NCBI GenBank assembly: GCA_032718475.1
Contig: JAUCBJ010008765.1
Location: 1 to 35,150, forward strand
Direction of reading: 5' to 3'
Source: Nemertoderma westbladi
Lineage: Eukaryota > Animalia > Xenacoelomorpha
Length of the DNA stretch: 35,150 bases
Shown here: one piece after another, positions 33,081 through 35,150 of the stretch
Numbering within the stretch: position 1 is the first letter of the stretch
How the letters are laid out: each line of letters begins with the position of its first letter
The notes under the pieces: model-generated
Database searches by the model: none
What the model was told of the DNA's origin: nothing
Seen by the model: only the letters and a program-made list of their open reading frames with translations
Position numbers and translations under genes: made by a program

Positions 33081-35150
33081 CAGGTCAGGTATTCTAGGTC
33101 ATTGATCAAGAAAACTTGCCACCCCCATGCAGCATAAAGGAGGTGCCACCTGTAGCTGCATAGACCCTCTTACTAGGGCAAATTTGGTCCTGTAACTAGG
33201 ACCCCCTTCGTTCTGGGATAAGGACGCCCTTGGTCATGGATTAAGGACCCATATACTTGGCTGCAGGGGTATATGGCCTGACCAGGCAGATGGTGATCTA
33301 CCAATGGCTGGTCAGGAGTAGAGTGTTCTCATGTCCACTCTGAGAGCACTTCACTGCGACCTGCACCTGGCAGCAAGGGTACAGGGCATGACCCAGCAGA
33401 TGAGCTGCAACAGCCAATGGTGGTTCATGTGCGCCAGAGTAGATATGGGTGATGGGCCTCATATCTGACTCCATTGCGACACCCACCCTGTGGAATGGCA
33501 AACCAGGGTGTGGTATTTGCCCCGAGAGCTGACTCGGCAAAAAAGCACCCCCCAACCCCCACTATGGATTACATTAGCAATGCGGAGGTCCGGCCACTAG
33601 AGGCCAGTGGAATTACCGGACACAATCGGCCTCACAGGCGTCAGTTAACTCCTGACCGGCTGCGTGTCTCACCCCCTACTGGAGAGAGAGCAGCCAACAA
33701 TTCTTTGAGTCCCTTTCCTGATGACCTTTCTGGCCCAAACCCTGGGTCACCAGGAAGGCCAGATTGTGATGGGGAGAGGGATTCTGGAGTTGGAGGCTAC
33801 TCTCATGTTCCACCCCGACCAACAAAGCCATTGGTGAATCTGAGGCAAGTCACAAGACTAGCCTCAGTAAACACCCTAACACTCGGATCCCCAATGCGAC
33901 AAGGTGAGCTGACTGCCTTGGCAGATAAGCTTTCTCTTAGCGCAGTGGGTGTTCAAGAGCACCGAATGCAGACTGGACAGACTGATGAGGTTCTGATTAA
34001 GGACATGGGGGGCGGTTGGCGACTCGCCCTCGCGTCAGCAGATGATAGTGGCAATGGTGGAATTGGTCTATTAATGAATCCAACTGCACATGCAGCATTG
34101 GACAAAATAGACCAAATCTCTAACCGCATCATCCGTTGCCACTTCTCATGTTCTGGAAGACTGGCTAAGAAGTTTCCTAAGGTGGTTCTGATTGTGTGCT
34201 ACTCTCCAACTAGTGTTGCCCCTGTAGAGGAGGTGGAAAATTTCTACCACAATCTACAAGCAGCTACTGATGGAGTGGATCAGCATGCATTCTTAACATT
34301 CCTGGGAGACTTTAATGCAAGTCTGCATCAATCACCTACATCGCCCTGGGTCTATAGCAATAGTGTTAACCGAAATTCTGTCCATCTTCAGGATTTTATC
34401 TCTGGAAATGGATTGTTTTCGGCTGGAACCCAGTTCAAGAAGCGAACTGGAAAGCTATGGACTCATAGTGGACCCAGTGGTCACAAGTCCCAGATAGACC
34501 ATATTCTGTTTCGTAGGAAATACAGGAGCTCATTACAAGACTGTAATGCATTTACACTTCGACCCTTCTCCAGTGATCACCGCCTTATTGTGGCCAAGGT
34601 AAGACTTAGTCTGCGTGCTAGCAGAACAACGAAATCTGCCTTGCCGCGGCATGACTGGTCCTCTCTGCTGCAACAGCCAAGTGTGAGATCCAGCTTCACA
34701 CTACAGCTGAGGAACAGGTATGAGGCTCTTGCCTCTGAGGTGTCAGATCACTGTGAGGGCTATACTGCCTTTACAGAAGCAGTTAAGTTAGCAGCTGCAG
34801 AAACAGTTCCTGTATACCCTCGAAACAGGAAAAGGGCCCCCTGGACTGACAACAAAATTCAGAAGTGCCGAAATGACCTTCATAAGGCGCAGAAAGAGTC
34901 CCGACTCAAACAGACTACAGCAGCCAAGAATGCAGTTAAGGCTGCATCTAGGTCCCTGAACAGGCAGTACTCTGCTAATCTACAGGAGCTAATAAACCAA
35001 CAGGTTGATGCCATCAATGATGCTGACGACAGCAGGCAATCATCCCAGGCATGGAAATCGATCAATCTGCTTACTGGGCGGAAAAGCCAACCAACCACCA
35101 AGGTTAAGGCTGAATCACCAGCCGATCGCCTCAATGGTTGGAAAGCCCAC
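33078..35150 (+). mobile_element. RTE-clade non-LTR retrotransposon, 5' part (5' boundary approximate)
   Basis: Abrupt rise in GC at ~33078, a ~400-bp leader, then a single long ORF starting with an AP endonuclease. Confidence 0.88.
33495..35150 (+). CDS. RTE LINE ORF (APE endonuclease domain; RT expected beyond the window), 3'-partial
   Basis: Frame open from ATG 33495 (alternative 33564) to the window end. Motifs: ASVNTLTL, GVQEHR, GGIGLL, ISNRII, CYSPT, LGDFNA, QIDHIL, SDHRLI, LRNRYEAL. Absent from the ORF track because there is no stop in the window. Confidence 0.92.
   Translation, partial: MANQGVVFAPRADSAKKHPPTPTMDYISNAEVRPLEASGITGHNRPHRRQLTPDRLRVSPPTGERAANNSLSPFPDDLSGPNPGSPGRPDCDGERDSGVGGYSHVPPRPTKPLVNLRQVTRLASVNTLTLGSPMRQGELTALADKLSLSAVGVQEHRMQTGQTDEVLIKDMGGGWRLALASADDSGNGGIGLLMNPTAHAALDKIDQISNRIIRCHFSCSGRLAKKFPKVVLIVCYSPTSVAPVEEVENFYHNLQAATDGVDQHAFLTFLGDFNASLHQSPTSPWVYSNSVNRNSVHLQDFISGNGLFSAGTQFKKRTGKLWTHSGPSGHKSQIDHILFRRKYRSSLQDCNAFTLRPFSSDHRLIVAKVRLSLRASRTTKSALPRHDWSSLLQQPSVRSSFTLQLRNRYEALASEVSDHCEGYTAFTEAVKLAAAETVPVYPRNRKRAPWTDNKIQKCRNDLHKAQKESRLKQTTAAKNAVKAASRSLNRQYSANLQELINQQVDAINDADDSRQSSQAWKSINLLTGRKSQPTTKVKAESPADRLNGWKAH

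Overview
AT-rich eukaryotic (probably marine invertebrate) DNA made almost entirely of nested mobile elements; I recognise no intact host gene. Left half: the end of a diverged LTR (1-136), then a ~1 kb P-like MITE (317-13949) split by a young 12.6 kb BEL/Pao LTR retrotransposon on the minus strand (1031-13629). That element has 1192-bp LTRs, a CACTG TSD, an intact gag-protease ORF whose RT/RNase H/integrase are deleted in frame, two accessory ORFs in the env position, and no tRNA primer-binding site. Next come a Helentron/HINE-like element with CTCF-like motifs and degenerate zinc-finger remnants. Right half: two related Polinton/Maverick elements with AGTAGT termini. Element 1 (20985-29048) is internally deleted and carries a C2H2/acidic gene, a 3.1 kb 9-bp satellite and a minor-capsid-like remnant. 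It also carries the main finding: an intronless GTSF1/Asterix-like gene (piRNA-pathway cofactor) with two CHHC fingers and a duplicated Trp motif, missed by the ORF track because of one internal stop. Element 2 (from 29251) carries a RING-finger gene and a packaging ATPase cut by an apparently 5'-complete RTE-clade LINE that runs off the window. All alignments and translations were done by eye, and family assignments rest on remembered motifs, not database searches.
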